In this document: one piece after another, positions 31,062-39,478 of the stretch | Layout of the letters: every line of letters begins with the position of its first letter | How positions within the stretch are numbered: the stretch's first letter is position 1 | Origin: Christensenellales bacterium | GTDB taxonomy: Bacteria; Bacillota; Clostridia; Christensenellales; SZUA-584 | Length of the DNA stretch: 64,000 nt | Direction: 5' to 3' | NCBI GenBank assembly: GCA_050943215.1 | Contig: JBMNOU010000001.1 | Location: 9,618-73,617, forward strand | Notes under the pieces: model-generated | What the model was told of the DNA's origin: nothing | Databases searched by the model: none | Seen by the model: only the letters and a program-made list of their open reading frames with translations | Position numbers and translations under genes: made by a program

Positions 31062-33296
31062 ATGACCAGTATCGAGGGTACGGTATTAGAAATCAATTTT
31101 AGAAACGACGAAAACGGTTGGACAGTGCTGGCTCTAGATTTTCGCGGTGAGCTTACGACTGCAGTTGGGTTAATGCCGCATATCCATGAAGGAGAGTATG
31201 TCCGGTTGTTCGGTGCCTGGACGGAGCATCGTATTTACGGCAGACAGTTTGCGGCAACTTCGATGGAAACGCATCTGCCGAATACCGCGGAGTCGATTCG
31301 ATTATTTCTGGCGAGCGGGCTGCTCAAAGGCGTCGGTGATGTGCTTGCAGGACGTATCGTAGATAAATTCGGTGAAGATACGTTTGATATTATCGAAAAT
31401 GCTCCGGAGCTTTTGGCAGAGATCAAAGGCATCAGCAAAAGGCTTGCTAAGAGTATTGCAGAGAGCTTTATGGAACATGTAGGCATCAAACAGATCGTCA
31501 TCGATCTGCAAAGCCTCGGCCTATCAGTAAGGCAAGCGTTCCGCGCTTTTGAGAGATACGGCGCGGCCGCAGCGGTGTTGATACAGGAAAACCCTTATAG
31601 GATGATTGATGACATTACCGGAATCGGTTTTGAACGTGCGGATAGGATTGCCGGCAATATCGGCATCGATAAAACGTCTGAGTACAGAATCGATATGGGG
31701 ATTAAACACGTACTGGTTTGCGCAATGAACGACGGGCATACATGCTTGCCGAGGGCAGAGCTTTTATGGCGTGCTTCAAAAATTTTAGATGTGGGCGAGC
31801 CGCTTATCGAGCCAAGAATAAGCGCGCTGACGCTTTCGGGCGATATCGTACAAAAGTATGTAAACAGCACTCCGGCTATTTTTCTCATAACCGCATATAT
31901 AGCTGAAACAGATGTGGCAAGACGGCTTTTCATATTGTCAAGAACTTCACCAAGGATATCGATTGACGATGCCGCAGCGGCTTATTCGCGTTATATAGGC
32001 GGTGCTCCCATATCCGAGGAGCAGGAGCGTGCCGTGTTGGCGGCGCTTTCCGGACAGGTCGTAGTGATAACGGGCGGCCCAGGAACGGGCAAAACAACGA
32101 TCATCAAGGCAATATTATCAATTTTTGAGATGAACGGGATTACTACAGCGCTATGTGCGCCCACTGGCAGAGCGGCTAAACGCATTGAGCAATCGTCCGG
32201 CCGTGAAGCCAAGACGATTCACCGGCTGCTTGAATACGGTATCGGCGATGATGAAGAATTTGGCAACGGCACAAGGTTTATCCGAAACGAGGAAAATCCG
32301 CTTGATGCCGAGGCGGTTGTTGTCGACGAAGCATCGATGGTGGATATATTTTTGATGCGATCGCTGCTTTGTGCACTTTCTGATGGGACGCGCCTTATCA
32401 TCGTCGGGGACGCTGACCAGCTGCCGTCGGTGGGGCCGGGCAATGTGCTCCGGGATATCATTAACAGCGCTTTATTTCCTATTTTGAAGCTCACGAAGTT
32501 TTACCGCCAGAAAGAAGGCGGTAGTATTGTGGAAAACGCACACCGCGTTAATAACGGACAAAACCCTGAGCTTTATATTACGGGCGATTTTATATTTCTG
32601 CCCGAAAACGAGCCCGAACGTGTGATCGATACCATTAAAAAGCTTCTCACCCAAGGGGAGTTGCCCGGGAAATACGATATACTCGAACAGACGCAGATAC
32701 TTTGTCCGGTAAAAAAGGGTTTACTTGGTGTGCATAATATCAACTCCGAGATCCGCGAGCTATTAAACCCCCGTCTCGCCTCAAGACCCGAAGTCAACGT
32801 GCGCGACACGACATATCGAATGGGCGATAAGATCATGCAGACAAAAAATAATTACAGTATGGAATGGTATTATACGGACGATACGCATTTTTACAATAAA
32901 GGGTATGGCGTTTTTAATGGAGACCTAGGGCGGATCGTCTGCATCGATAACGATGCAAAAGAAGCGACGATACGCTTTGATAGCAACCGTGAAGCAGTAT
33001 ATTCTTTTCATGAGCTAGAGCAGATTGAGCACGCGTACGCAGTCACAGTGCACAAATCACAGGGAAGTGAATTTCCTGTGGTCATACTGCCTTTGTTCTC
33101 GGGTGGCGGACGGTTCTTATCCCGTAATCTTTTGTATACCGCTCTGACGCGGGCGATGGAAAAGGTCATCATCATCGGGCAAAAGAACACCGTAGAATAT
33201 ATGGTTGCAAACAACCGCATACTCGGACGGTATACTACGCTGGATTACGAGATTAAAGAAATCGGTGAAATTATGGGTGGGGTCGGATGTCTTTAA
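31062..33296 (+). CDS. recD2: RecD2-type ATP-dependent helicase (RecD/TraA family)
   Basis: Walker A ITGGPGTGKTT, DEASMVD, and the C-terminal AVTVHKSQGSEF. The start is trimmed to ATG 31062. Confidence 0.9.
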   Translation: MTSIEGTVLEINFRNDENGWTVLALDFRGELTTAVGLMPHIHEGEYVRLFGAWTEHRIYGRQFAATSMETHLPNTAESIRLFLASGLLKGVGDVLAGRIVDKFGEDTFDIIENAPELLAEIKGISKRLAKSIAESFMEHVGIKQIVIDLQSLGLSVRQAFRAFERYGAAAAVLIQENPYRMIDDITGIGFERADRIAGNIGIDKTSEYRIDMGIKHVLVCAMNDGHTCLPRAELLWRASKILDVGEPLIEPRISALTLSGDIVQKYVNSTPAIFLITAYIAETDVARRLFILSRTSPRISIDDAAAAYSRYIGGAPISEEQERAVLAALSGQVVVITGGPGTGKTTIIKAILSIFEMNGITTALCAPTGRAAKRIEQSSGREAKTIHRLLEYGIGDDEEFGNGTRFIRNEENPLDAEAVVVDEASMVDIFLMRSLLCALSDGTRLIIVGDADQLPSVGPGNVLRDIINSALFPILKLTKFYRQKEGGSIVENAHRVNNGQNPELYITGDFIFLPENEPERVIDTIKKLLTQGELPGKYDILEQTQILCPVKKGLLGVHNINSEIRELLNPRLASRPEVNVRDTTYRMGDKIMQTKNNYSMEWYYTDDTHFYNKGYGVFNGDLGRIVCIDNDAKEATIRFDSNREAVYSFHELEQIEHAYAVTVHKSQGSEFPVVILPLFSGGGRFLSRNLLYTALTRAMEKVIIIGQKNTVEYMVANNRILGRYTTLDYEIKEIGEIMGGVGCL

Positions 33297-34090
33297 AGGA
33301 TGTTCTCAAACGGGCGGTGCAAACCGTCTTTCCATACGTTCCCTCATGCGTTTGCTGCGGTATAGAAAAAGGCGTTAACGGTTATGTCTGCAAAAACTGC
33401 GCGGATAAGCTGAGCGAATTAAAAGCCGATGGGATGCGTTTGGGCGGATTATATACTAGCGCAGGGTATTCGTACCAAGGCATTGCGGCAGGTATTGTCA
33501 AAGGGTACAAATATAGCGACAAGAAGTGGCTGAGTGCGTTTATGAGTAACGAGATCTGTAAAGCGGTATTCGGCACGATAGACGAAAACGGCCTTTTAGA
33601 TGCTAAGACAGGGATTTCTGATGTCCAAAGTACACAAAGCAAAGTAAATAAAACAATATCGGATAACAATCGAGCAGGTGCGGGGCAATCAAAAGTGCTT
33701 TCTGTCGATGATTTTGATTACATATGCTACGTGCCGCTGCACAAAAAGCGCCGGGCTATCCGGGGATTTGATCAGGCGGAAGAGCTCGCGAAACGCATAT
33801 CCGAATTGACGGGCATTCGTTTTATCAGCGCACTCAAAAGAATCAGAAACACCAAGACGCAGACCAAGCTTAGCGATAAGGAACGTAGGGAAAATATCCA
33901 CGGCGCATTTGAAAAAGCGAAGGATGTCTGCGGAAACGTTTTGCTGGTTGACGATGTGCTGACCACCGGTGCAACGGCGGCGGAATGTGCGGCCGTACTG
34001 CTTAAAGCGGGTGCAAAAAGCGTTTATGTCGCGACGTTCGCGCGTGTGGCATATGGGAAAACTGGCCACAACGAAAGGCCAGGCAATTAG
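33287..34090 (+). CDS. comFC: ComF-family phosphoribosyltransferase-like protein
   Basis: N-terminal Cys4 (CVCCG...CKNC) and PRTase loop LLVDDVLTTGAT. It overlaps the recD2 stop by 10 nt. Confidence 0.8.
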   Translation: MSLKDVLKRAVQTVFPYVPSCVCCGIEKGVNGYVCKNCADKLSELKADGMRLGGLYTSAGYSYQGIAAGIVKGYKYSDKKWLSAFMSNEICKAVFGTIDENGLLDAKTGISDVQSTQSKVNKTISDNNRAGAGQSKVLSVDDFDYICYVPLHKKRRAIRGFDQAEELAKRISELTGIRFISALKRIRNTKTQTKLSDKERRENIHGAFEKAKDVCGNVLLVDDVLTTGATAAECAAVLLKAGAKSVYVATFARVAYGKTGHNERPGN

Positions 34091-34138
34091 CGCAAAATAA
34101 GATTAACATATAAAAACAAACGGTAAAGGAAAATTACA

Positions 34139-35308
34139 ATGGAATTTGCAAAGAGACTAAACAACGTAACGGGCAGTGCGATCAGGGAAATATTTTCACT
34201 GCTGGCACAGCCGGGCATGATATCGTTCGCAGGTGGAAACCCTTCTCCGGATAGTTTCCCTACAGAGGACTTGGCGGCTATAGCCAATACTCTGATACGA
34301 GAGAAGGGGACGCACGTGCTGCAATACGGCGGCACTCCGGGTATCGTATCCCTTAAAGAAACGGTGATCGGCATGGCTGTCAAGCGTGGCATAAAAGCGT
34401 TGCCCGAAGAGGTCATTATCACATCCGGCTCTACCCAGGGCATCGGGCTTGCAGCAAAAACGCTTATTAATCCGGGCGATGTAGTTCTTGTCGAATCGCC
34501 GACTTTTATAGGTGCGCTGCAGACGTTCCTGACTTTTGAGGCTAACGTGAAAGGCGTCGCGATGGACGATAATGGAATGATCATTGAAGATCTTGAAGAG
34601 AAGATCATCAAATACCGCCCTAAATTTGTATACACGATACCCACGTTTCAAAACCCAACCGGCAGAACGATGCCAGCGGACAGGAGAAGACGCATGATTG
34701 ACGTCTGCGAGAAATACGGCGTATTGATACTGGAAGACGATCCGTACTGCGACCTTAAGTATTCAGGAGACAGCGTATTACCTGTTAAAAGCGAAGATAA
34801 GAGCAACTGCGTGATATATCTGATGAGCTTTTCTAAAATAATTTCCCCGGGGCTGCGGGTGGGCGCTGCGGTGGCGGACAAGCGTATTGTCGAAAAATAC
34901 AATATTGCAAAACAGGGGGAAGACCTGCATACATCTAACCTTTCCCAAGAAATCGTTGATGCGTATGTTCTTTCCGGAAAGCTTAAACCGCATATTGAAA
35001 GCATATGCTTAAGCTACAGGGAAAAACGCGATGCCATGCTAAAGAAGTTTGAAACGTTCCCCGAAGGCATTAACTATACACGGCCAGACGGCGGTCTGTT
35101 CATATGGGTTTGTCTTCCCAAAGGAATGGATGCGGTTAACCTTTTTAAGCTATGTGTTAAGGAAGGCGTGGCTTTTGTACCCGGTACGCATTTTTTTCCG
35201 GAAGGCGGGAATATGAACACGATGCGGCTTAATTTTTCGATGCCATCGCTTGATCAGATTGACAAGGGTATGGATACGCTAAAGAACGTGATCGTAAAAA
35301 ATATATAA
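34139..35308 (+). CDS. PLP-dependent aminotransferase (class I/II)
   Basis: 389 aa with a PLP-lysine context (SFSKIISPGLRVG) and an ITSGSTQG motif. Confidence 0.85.
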   Translation: MEFAKRLNNVTGSAIREIFSLLAQPGMISFAGGNPSPDSFPTEDLAAIANTLIREKGTHVLQYGGTPGIVSLKETVIGMAVKRGIKALPEEVIITSGSTQGIGLAAKTLINPGDVVLVESPTFIGALQTFLTFEANVKGVAMDDNGMIIEDLEEKIIKYRPKFVYTIPTFQNPTGRTMPADRRRRMIDVCEKYGVLILEDDPYCDLKYSGDSVLPVKSEDKSNCVIYLMSFSKIISPGLRVGAAVADKRIVEKYNIAKQGEDLHTSNLSQEIVDAYVLSGKLKPHIESICLSYREKRDAMLKKFETFPEGINYTRPDGGLFIWVCLPKGMDAVNLFKLCVKEGVAFVPGTHFFPEGGNMNTMRLNFSMPSLDQIDKGMDTLKNVIVKNI

Positions 35309-35426
35309 CCCAACGCTTTAAAGGGAAACTTTAAGTATTGACCGCTGACCGTAAAGGCAGAATCCGAAATCACTTCTTTTATTAACTCTACTGTCTTATT
35401 TCAAAAGCAAACATTTATGGAAATAT

Positions 35427-35457
35427 AAAACGCGGCTACAGTTCTGTAGACGCGTTT
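35427..35457. terminator. Bidirectional hairpin terminator between convergent genes
   Basis: AAACGCGgCTACAGttCTGTAGaCGCGTTT, flanked by A/T runs, between the aminotransferase (+) and the CDF gene (-). Confidence 0.55.
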
Positions 35458-35517
35458 AAGGCTTATCTCGTCCTTTATCTATGTTTAAAATTCTCGGCTC
35501 TTTCAAAACGGCAAGGC

Positions 35518-36429
35518 TTAATAGGCTTTCTCATTTACTATACGTTCGGGTTCTACATGAACGATAACCTCGTATACGTCATCAATGAAATCAAGGATTT
35601 TTTTTCGGACTTGAGCTGCGATATCGTGCCCGGCTTCAACAGTAATATCCGGTTTTACTTCAATCTCTATATCGACAAAAAGATGCTGCCCTACGTATCG
35701 TCCTTTTATCTGCGGAACCGAAATGATTCCCTTTGTAGATAGCGCGATATCCTTGATGGATTGAATTTTTTCATCCCGGGGCGAAGCGTCCATCAGGCTT
35801 TTGATAGAATCTCTGAGAATGTCATAGGCAATCTTGAAAATGAGGCAGGCGACAACCGCTCCTGCGATGGGATCGAGATAAGAAAGAAAACTAATATTTA
35901 GCCATTTGCCAATCATGCTGCCTAATATCCCTAAAAAACTGCCTATCGAAGAAAATGCATCTGAACGGTGATGCCAAGCGTCCGCGATCATTGATTTACT
36001 GCTGATTTTCTTGCCGGCGGCGTAGGTTACCCGATACATGGCTTCTTTTACAACGATTGATAAGATCGCAGCGATAAGCGCGAGAAAGGTTGGTGTTGAA
36101 AAAGAGTGTGTGATAGCAGATTCAACAATTCCTTTTATAATCATTAATGCTACAATAACAAGCGTAACGCCGACGAAAGATGCGGCAATGGGCTCGACTC
36201 TGCCATGCCCATAAGGGTGCTCTTTGTCCACCGGTTTTCTTGCAATCCTGATTCCTATTAGTACGACTGATGTCGCAATGATATCTGAGGCAGAATGAAG
36301 GGCGTCTGATATCATTGCTTGACTGTTTCCAAATACGCCAGCCGCAAACTTAAGCAGACTAAGTACGATATTTCCGAGGATACAAGTGATTGTTATTTTT
36401 TCCCCGTGACGGTAATCGATTGTTTTCAT
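35518..36429 (-). CDS. Cation diffusion facilitator family transporter
   Basis: Six TM segments plus a cytoplasmic domain, with HSASDIIA and HHRSDAFSS metal-site motifs. The start is trimmed to ATG 36429. Confidence 0.9.
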   Translation of the reverse strand: MKTIDYRHGEKITITCILGNIVLSLLKFAAGVFGNSQAMISDALHSASDIIATSVVLIGIRIARKPVDKEHPYGHGRVEPIAASFVGVTLVIVALMIIKGIVESAITHSFSTPTFLALIAAILSIVVKEAMYRVTYAAGKKISSKSMIADAWHHRSDAFSSIGSFLGILGSMIGKWLNISFLSYLDPIAGAVVACLIFKIAYDILRDSIKSLMDASPRDEKIQSIKDIALSTKGIISVPQIKGRYVGQHLFVDIEIEVKPDITVEAGHDIAAQVRKKILDFIDDVYEVIVHVEPERIVNEKAY

Positions 36430-36499
36430 GATGGATACCTCCCCAAACCCGAAGAATTTAGCTTGCATGCAGGTATTCATCAGTAATATCCCTAAAGGT

Positions 36500-36614
36500 A
36501 TAAAAAAACACCTGCAGAACATTACTGTCCCACAGATGTGCTGATCTCAGATCTGCTGCCGCTTTCGCAGCCCGGCCCCATGAACCAAATCTGGCTCATC
36601 GCCTGCTCAGTTTG
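36500..36614 (-). promoter_or_regulatory. Candidate czcD (NiCo) riboswitch leader
   Basis: Read on the minus strand, ACUG...CAGU closes three hairpins: AUGAGCCAgauuUGGUUCAU, GCUGCgaaaGCGGC, and GCAGAUCugaGAUCAGC. A UGGGACAG junction and a U7 run follow. It lies in the roughly 215-nt leader of a CDF transporter. Confidence 0.45.
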
Positions 36615-36651
36615 TACTGTCGTTTACATGCAGTGCAAAAAGATAAGATTA

Positions 36652-36680
36652 ATAATAATATATGCATTGGTTTTTGTCAA
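36652..36680 (-). promoter_or_regulatory. Sigma-A type promoter of the CDF leader
   Basis: On the minus strand: TTGACA (36680-36675), a 17-nt spacer, then TATTAT (36657-36652). Confidence 0.55.
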
Positions 36681-36967
36681 GTGTTACTGTTATAGGCAAA
36701 TAAAACCTCTTTGGCTCCTTTTTTAGCTATAGGGTATGATATGCTGTTTATATTCGGTCATCATTGCTTATTCTCAGCATTTAGTCATCAAAAAATCTTA
36801 CCGATAACACCTGCACGTTATGAATAATGTTACTGAAAAGGCGTTACTAATAATGGGTCTATTTATATAGCAAATTTATTTAGTATGAGTTAAGATAAAA
36901 AGATTAGCAATAATAGTTATTATTAAACAAATGCTAAAAGTTGCTATTTTTATGAGGGTATTAAGCT

Positions 36968-37501
36968 ATGCGTTTATTTGTCGGGATTAAAACCGGGTGT
37001 GAAAATCACCTTGTTTCACTGCAGAATGAACTTAAAAAAATAGGGAAAGGGCATTTTACACAAAAAAACAATCTGCATATTACGCTAAAATTTTTGGGTG
37101 AGGTCCCGTCCTTTAAACTTAAAAGTATCACCGAAGCTATCTCCGAGCCAAAAGACAACCCCTTTTTGCTTGAATGCCAAGGAGTTAGTATTTTTAATAA
37201 AAACGGGATCATATCGGTCAAAGTAGCAGGAGAATTGGGTAAGCTTACCACACTTTACTCAACGCTTGAAATTGCGCTTGAAAAAAGAGGCTTTGAAAAG
37301 GAAAAAAGAGAATTTAGACCCCATATTACACTCGCGCGGAATTTCCGTATTACAGACGGATGTAATGTAGAAACAATACCGTACCGCTGCTATGGATTTA
37401 AAGTGGAAGAACTAATACTCTTTGAAAGCAGGCGGGATGCTGGTAAACTTGTATATGCGCCTTTGTTTATTCATAAACTTGCGGAACAAAAAAACAAATG
37501 A
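36968..37501 (+). CDS. thpR: RNA 2',3'-cyclic phosphodiesterase (2H family, ThpR/LigT)
   Basis: Two HxTx motifs (HITLKF, HITLAR) at the expected spacing. Confidence 0.85.
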   Translation: MRLFVGIKTGCENHLVSLQNELKKIGKGHFTQKNNLHITLKFLGEVPSFKLKSITEAISEPKDNPFLLECQGVSIFNKNGIISVKVAGELGKLTTLYSTLEIALEKRGFEKEKREFRPHITLARNFRITDGCNVETIPYRCYGFKVEELILFESRRDAGKLVYAPLFIHKLAEQKNK

Positions 37502-37528
37502 GGCAAAAAGCATTGCTTTTGGGATTGC

Positions 37529-37576
37529 TGGCGTTCCCGGCGCGGCTCGAACGCGCGGCCTTTCGCTTAGGAGTAG
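37529..37576 (-). tRNA. Truncated tRNA-Arg(CCU): 3' half only (probable att remnant)
   Basis: The minus strand reads CUCCUAA (anticodon loop, CCU) GCGAA AGGCC GCGCG-UUCGAGC-CGCGC CGGGAAC G CCA. The T-arm, 3' acceptor strand and encoded CCA are intact. There is no matching 5' acceptor (GTTCCCG), D-arm or 5' anticodon-stem strand. Confidence 0.7.
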
Positions 37577-37907
37577 AACACAGGGGATATCGTGGAATAT
37601 TACGCAGTACCATGCATTACCGCCAAACCCGCATAAATACTGGATTTTCGGACACTTCCATTCTTTTGTAGTACGGCGTCGTACCACTGAATATTATCGG
37701 GTTCTGCCATATTTCTTAGCAAATTCTTAGCGCCATAATGAAAAATGCAAAATCGGGTGGACGGTCCAGCCACTGCGCCATAATCAGAATCGAACGCTCT
37801 TAGGCCGTTTGTTCGTAGACTGAGAGCAGACGAATTTTATATTTATTCGCACCTTTGCTTTCTTATTTTTCTTTCCTCTATAATGAAGGTACAAGGAGGT
37901 ATTCAGT

Positions 37908-38078
37908 ATGAAAAAGAAAAAGCATATGGTTACATACGACGAGTGGAGACTCATCATCCACGCCCTAAACGGTCTTAGAAACAGCTTAATTGCAGAACGA
38001 AAACATACCGATACCGTGGATGACGCGCTGCTTGCGTTTATGAACGCCAAGACCAGGCGCGTGAAGATTATTGGGTGA
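37908..38078 (+). CDS. Small conserved ICE protein (56 aa), paralogue of 58056..58241
   Basis: Not in the ORF track because it is under 60 aa. AAGGAGG RBS 7 nt before ATG 37908. The sequence MKKKKHMVTYDEWRLIIHALNGLRN...KTRRVKIIG aligns with the 58056 product. Confidence 0.5.
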   Translation: MKKKKHMVTYDEWRLIIHALNGLRNSLIAERKHTDTVDDALLAFMNAKTRRVKIIG

Positions 38079-38082
38079 CGGT

Positions 38083-38280
38083 ATGGGAAAACAAGATTTT
38101 GAAAAAGCCTTTTCAGACTTTATTGATGGCAACGAATATGACGAAGCACAGAGCTCAATGTTTAAGATGGTACGCATATCGTGTCAGGCGGGTTGGGAAT
38201 CCGCAGGCGGTAATCGCCCATCCCCGCAACCCGTCACCCACCTTGCATTAAAAAGGTCTCCTAAAGAACCATCCAAATAA
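38083..38280 (+). CDS. Small hypothetical ICE protein
   Basis: MGKQDFEKAFSDFIDGNEYDEAQ... starting at ATG 38083, following the previous ORF within 5 nt. Confidence 0.45.
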   Translation: MGKQDFEKAFSDFIDGNEYDEAQSSMFKMVRISCQAGWESAGGNRPSPQPVTHLALKRSPKEPSK

Positions 38281-38356
38281 CCGCATACATAGCGTAAAGC
38301 CATTTGTTCTTACTCCAGTTAAGAGCAGACGGCTTTTGTATTTTCTCCAGTTTTGT

Positions 38357-38401
38357 GTACATAGCCGCTGCTATTTATAAAGCAAAGCGGCTAAATCTAT
38401 T
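38357..38401 (+). repeat. Leader-hairpin repeat, copy 1 (orphan)
   Basis: TACATAGCCGCTGCT-[hairpin]-GGCTAAATCTATTT. Compare the copies at 39416 and 53464. Confidence 0.6.
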
Positions 38402-39311
38402 TTAGAATTTCAAGATAACGTGCCAACCGTTCCTCTAAATACTCCGAGATCATCTCCACCATAGGTGCGGCGTCCCTGTCCCTATAATAATTGTCAAAGC
38501 AAGCGTAGTAACGTTTTCTGTCGGAAAACTTGACGTCAATCGGCGGATAGCCTTGCTGCATCAACATTAAGTTAAGAACCAGCCTGCCCGTGCGCCCGTT
38601 GCCGTCTATGAAAGGATGGACGCCTTCAAATTCCAAATGGAACAAAGCGGCGTTATCAATAGGATGACGCTTTGTTTCTTTTTGTCCGGCAATAAGCTGC
38701 TCCATCTGCACTGGCACCAGATAAGGCTGTGGCGGCTCATGGTATGCGCCCATGATCGTAACTGGAATGCGGCGATATACCCCTTTGTCCTCCGGTCTGT
38801 CCATTAAAACAAGGGAATGGATGTCTTTGATTACCGATTCGGTTATCGCTGCTTTTTCTGATACTAAACGTTCCACATATAGAAAAGCGTCTCGATGGCC
38901 TACCGCCTCCAAGTGGTCTTTGAGTGGTTTTTGATCAATCGTTACACCCTCCAGCACCAAAGCCGTTTCCCGCAGAGTGAGGATGTTGCCTTCAATGGCG
39001 TTGGAGTTATAAGTAAACTCTACAAGAAATTCCTCTTGCAACCGCTTTAGTTCCCCTTGCGTCAGAGGGCGGCGTTTACTCAGTTCCGCTTTTAGGGCAT
39101 CCACACGGGTAAATATCGTGGCATATTCTTTCGGAACGATTTTACCACGCAAACTGCGCCCGTCAGCAGGCTTTATAGCATCAGCCGGTATGCGATAGGA
39201 ACGCCCCTCTTTGACTGCACCTTCAATTTTCCCTTGTTCACAAAGCAGCCGCACGCGCCGGTCTGATAGGTTCCATTGTTCCGCTGCTTGATTTACACTG
39301 ATATATTCCAT
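38397..39311 (-). CDS. HTH (MerR/excisionase-type) + Fic domain protein
   Basis: N-terminal ISVNQAAEQWNLSDRRVRLLCEQGKI HTH, the SNAIEGN inhibitory-helix motif, and the Fic core HPFIDGNGRTGR. Confidence 0.85.
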   Translation of the reverse strand: MEYISVNQAAEQWNLSDRRVRLLCEQGKIEGAVKEGRSYRIPADAIKPADGRSLRGKIVPKEYATIFTRVDALKAELSKRRPLTQGELKRLQEEFLVEFTYNSNAIEGNILTLRETALVLEGVTIDQKPLKDHLEAVGHRDAFLYVERLVSEKAAITESVIKDIHSLVLMDRPEDKGVYRRIPVTIMGAYHEPPQPYLVPVQMEQLIAGQKETKRHPIDNAALFHLEFEGVHPFIDGNGRTGRLVLNLMLMQQGYPPIDVKFSDRKRYYACFDNYYRDRDAAPMVEMISEYLEERLARYLEILK

Positions 39312-39415
39312 GAAATCACCTCAATTCTACATAAACAGTATAGTCCAAATCCGGAATGTTATCAACTTAAAATCGGGTTCATGCAACCAATTATTCCGTT
39401 TGTTGTTGTTTGCTA

Positions 39416-39461
39416 TACATAGCCGCTGCTGTCTTTAAGACAGAAGGGGCTAAATTTATTT
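39416..39461 (+). repeat. Leader-hairpin repeat, copy 2 (upstream of parA)
   Basis: TACATAGCCGCTGCT-[CTGTCTTtAAGACAG hairpin]-GGCTAAATTTATTT, then GGAAGGAGG and ATG 39479. Confidence 0.6.
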
Positions 39462-39478
39462 GGAAGGAGGAAGTAGCA

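Noticed and set aside
34087-35004. Minus-strand ORFs of 185, 151 and 118 aa opposite the aminotransferase
   Set aside because: They are shadow ORFs of a gene with an unambiguous PLP-lysine motif on the plus strand.
37770-37830. Second tRNA-like stretch (…AATCGAACGCTCTTAGG…)
   Set aside because: It contains a GTTCGATT-like string on the minus strand, but the flanking bases do not form a T-stem, acceptor stem or anticodon arm.
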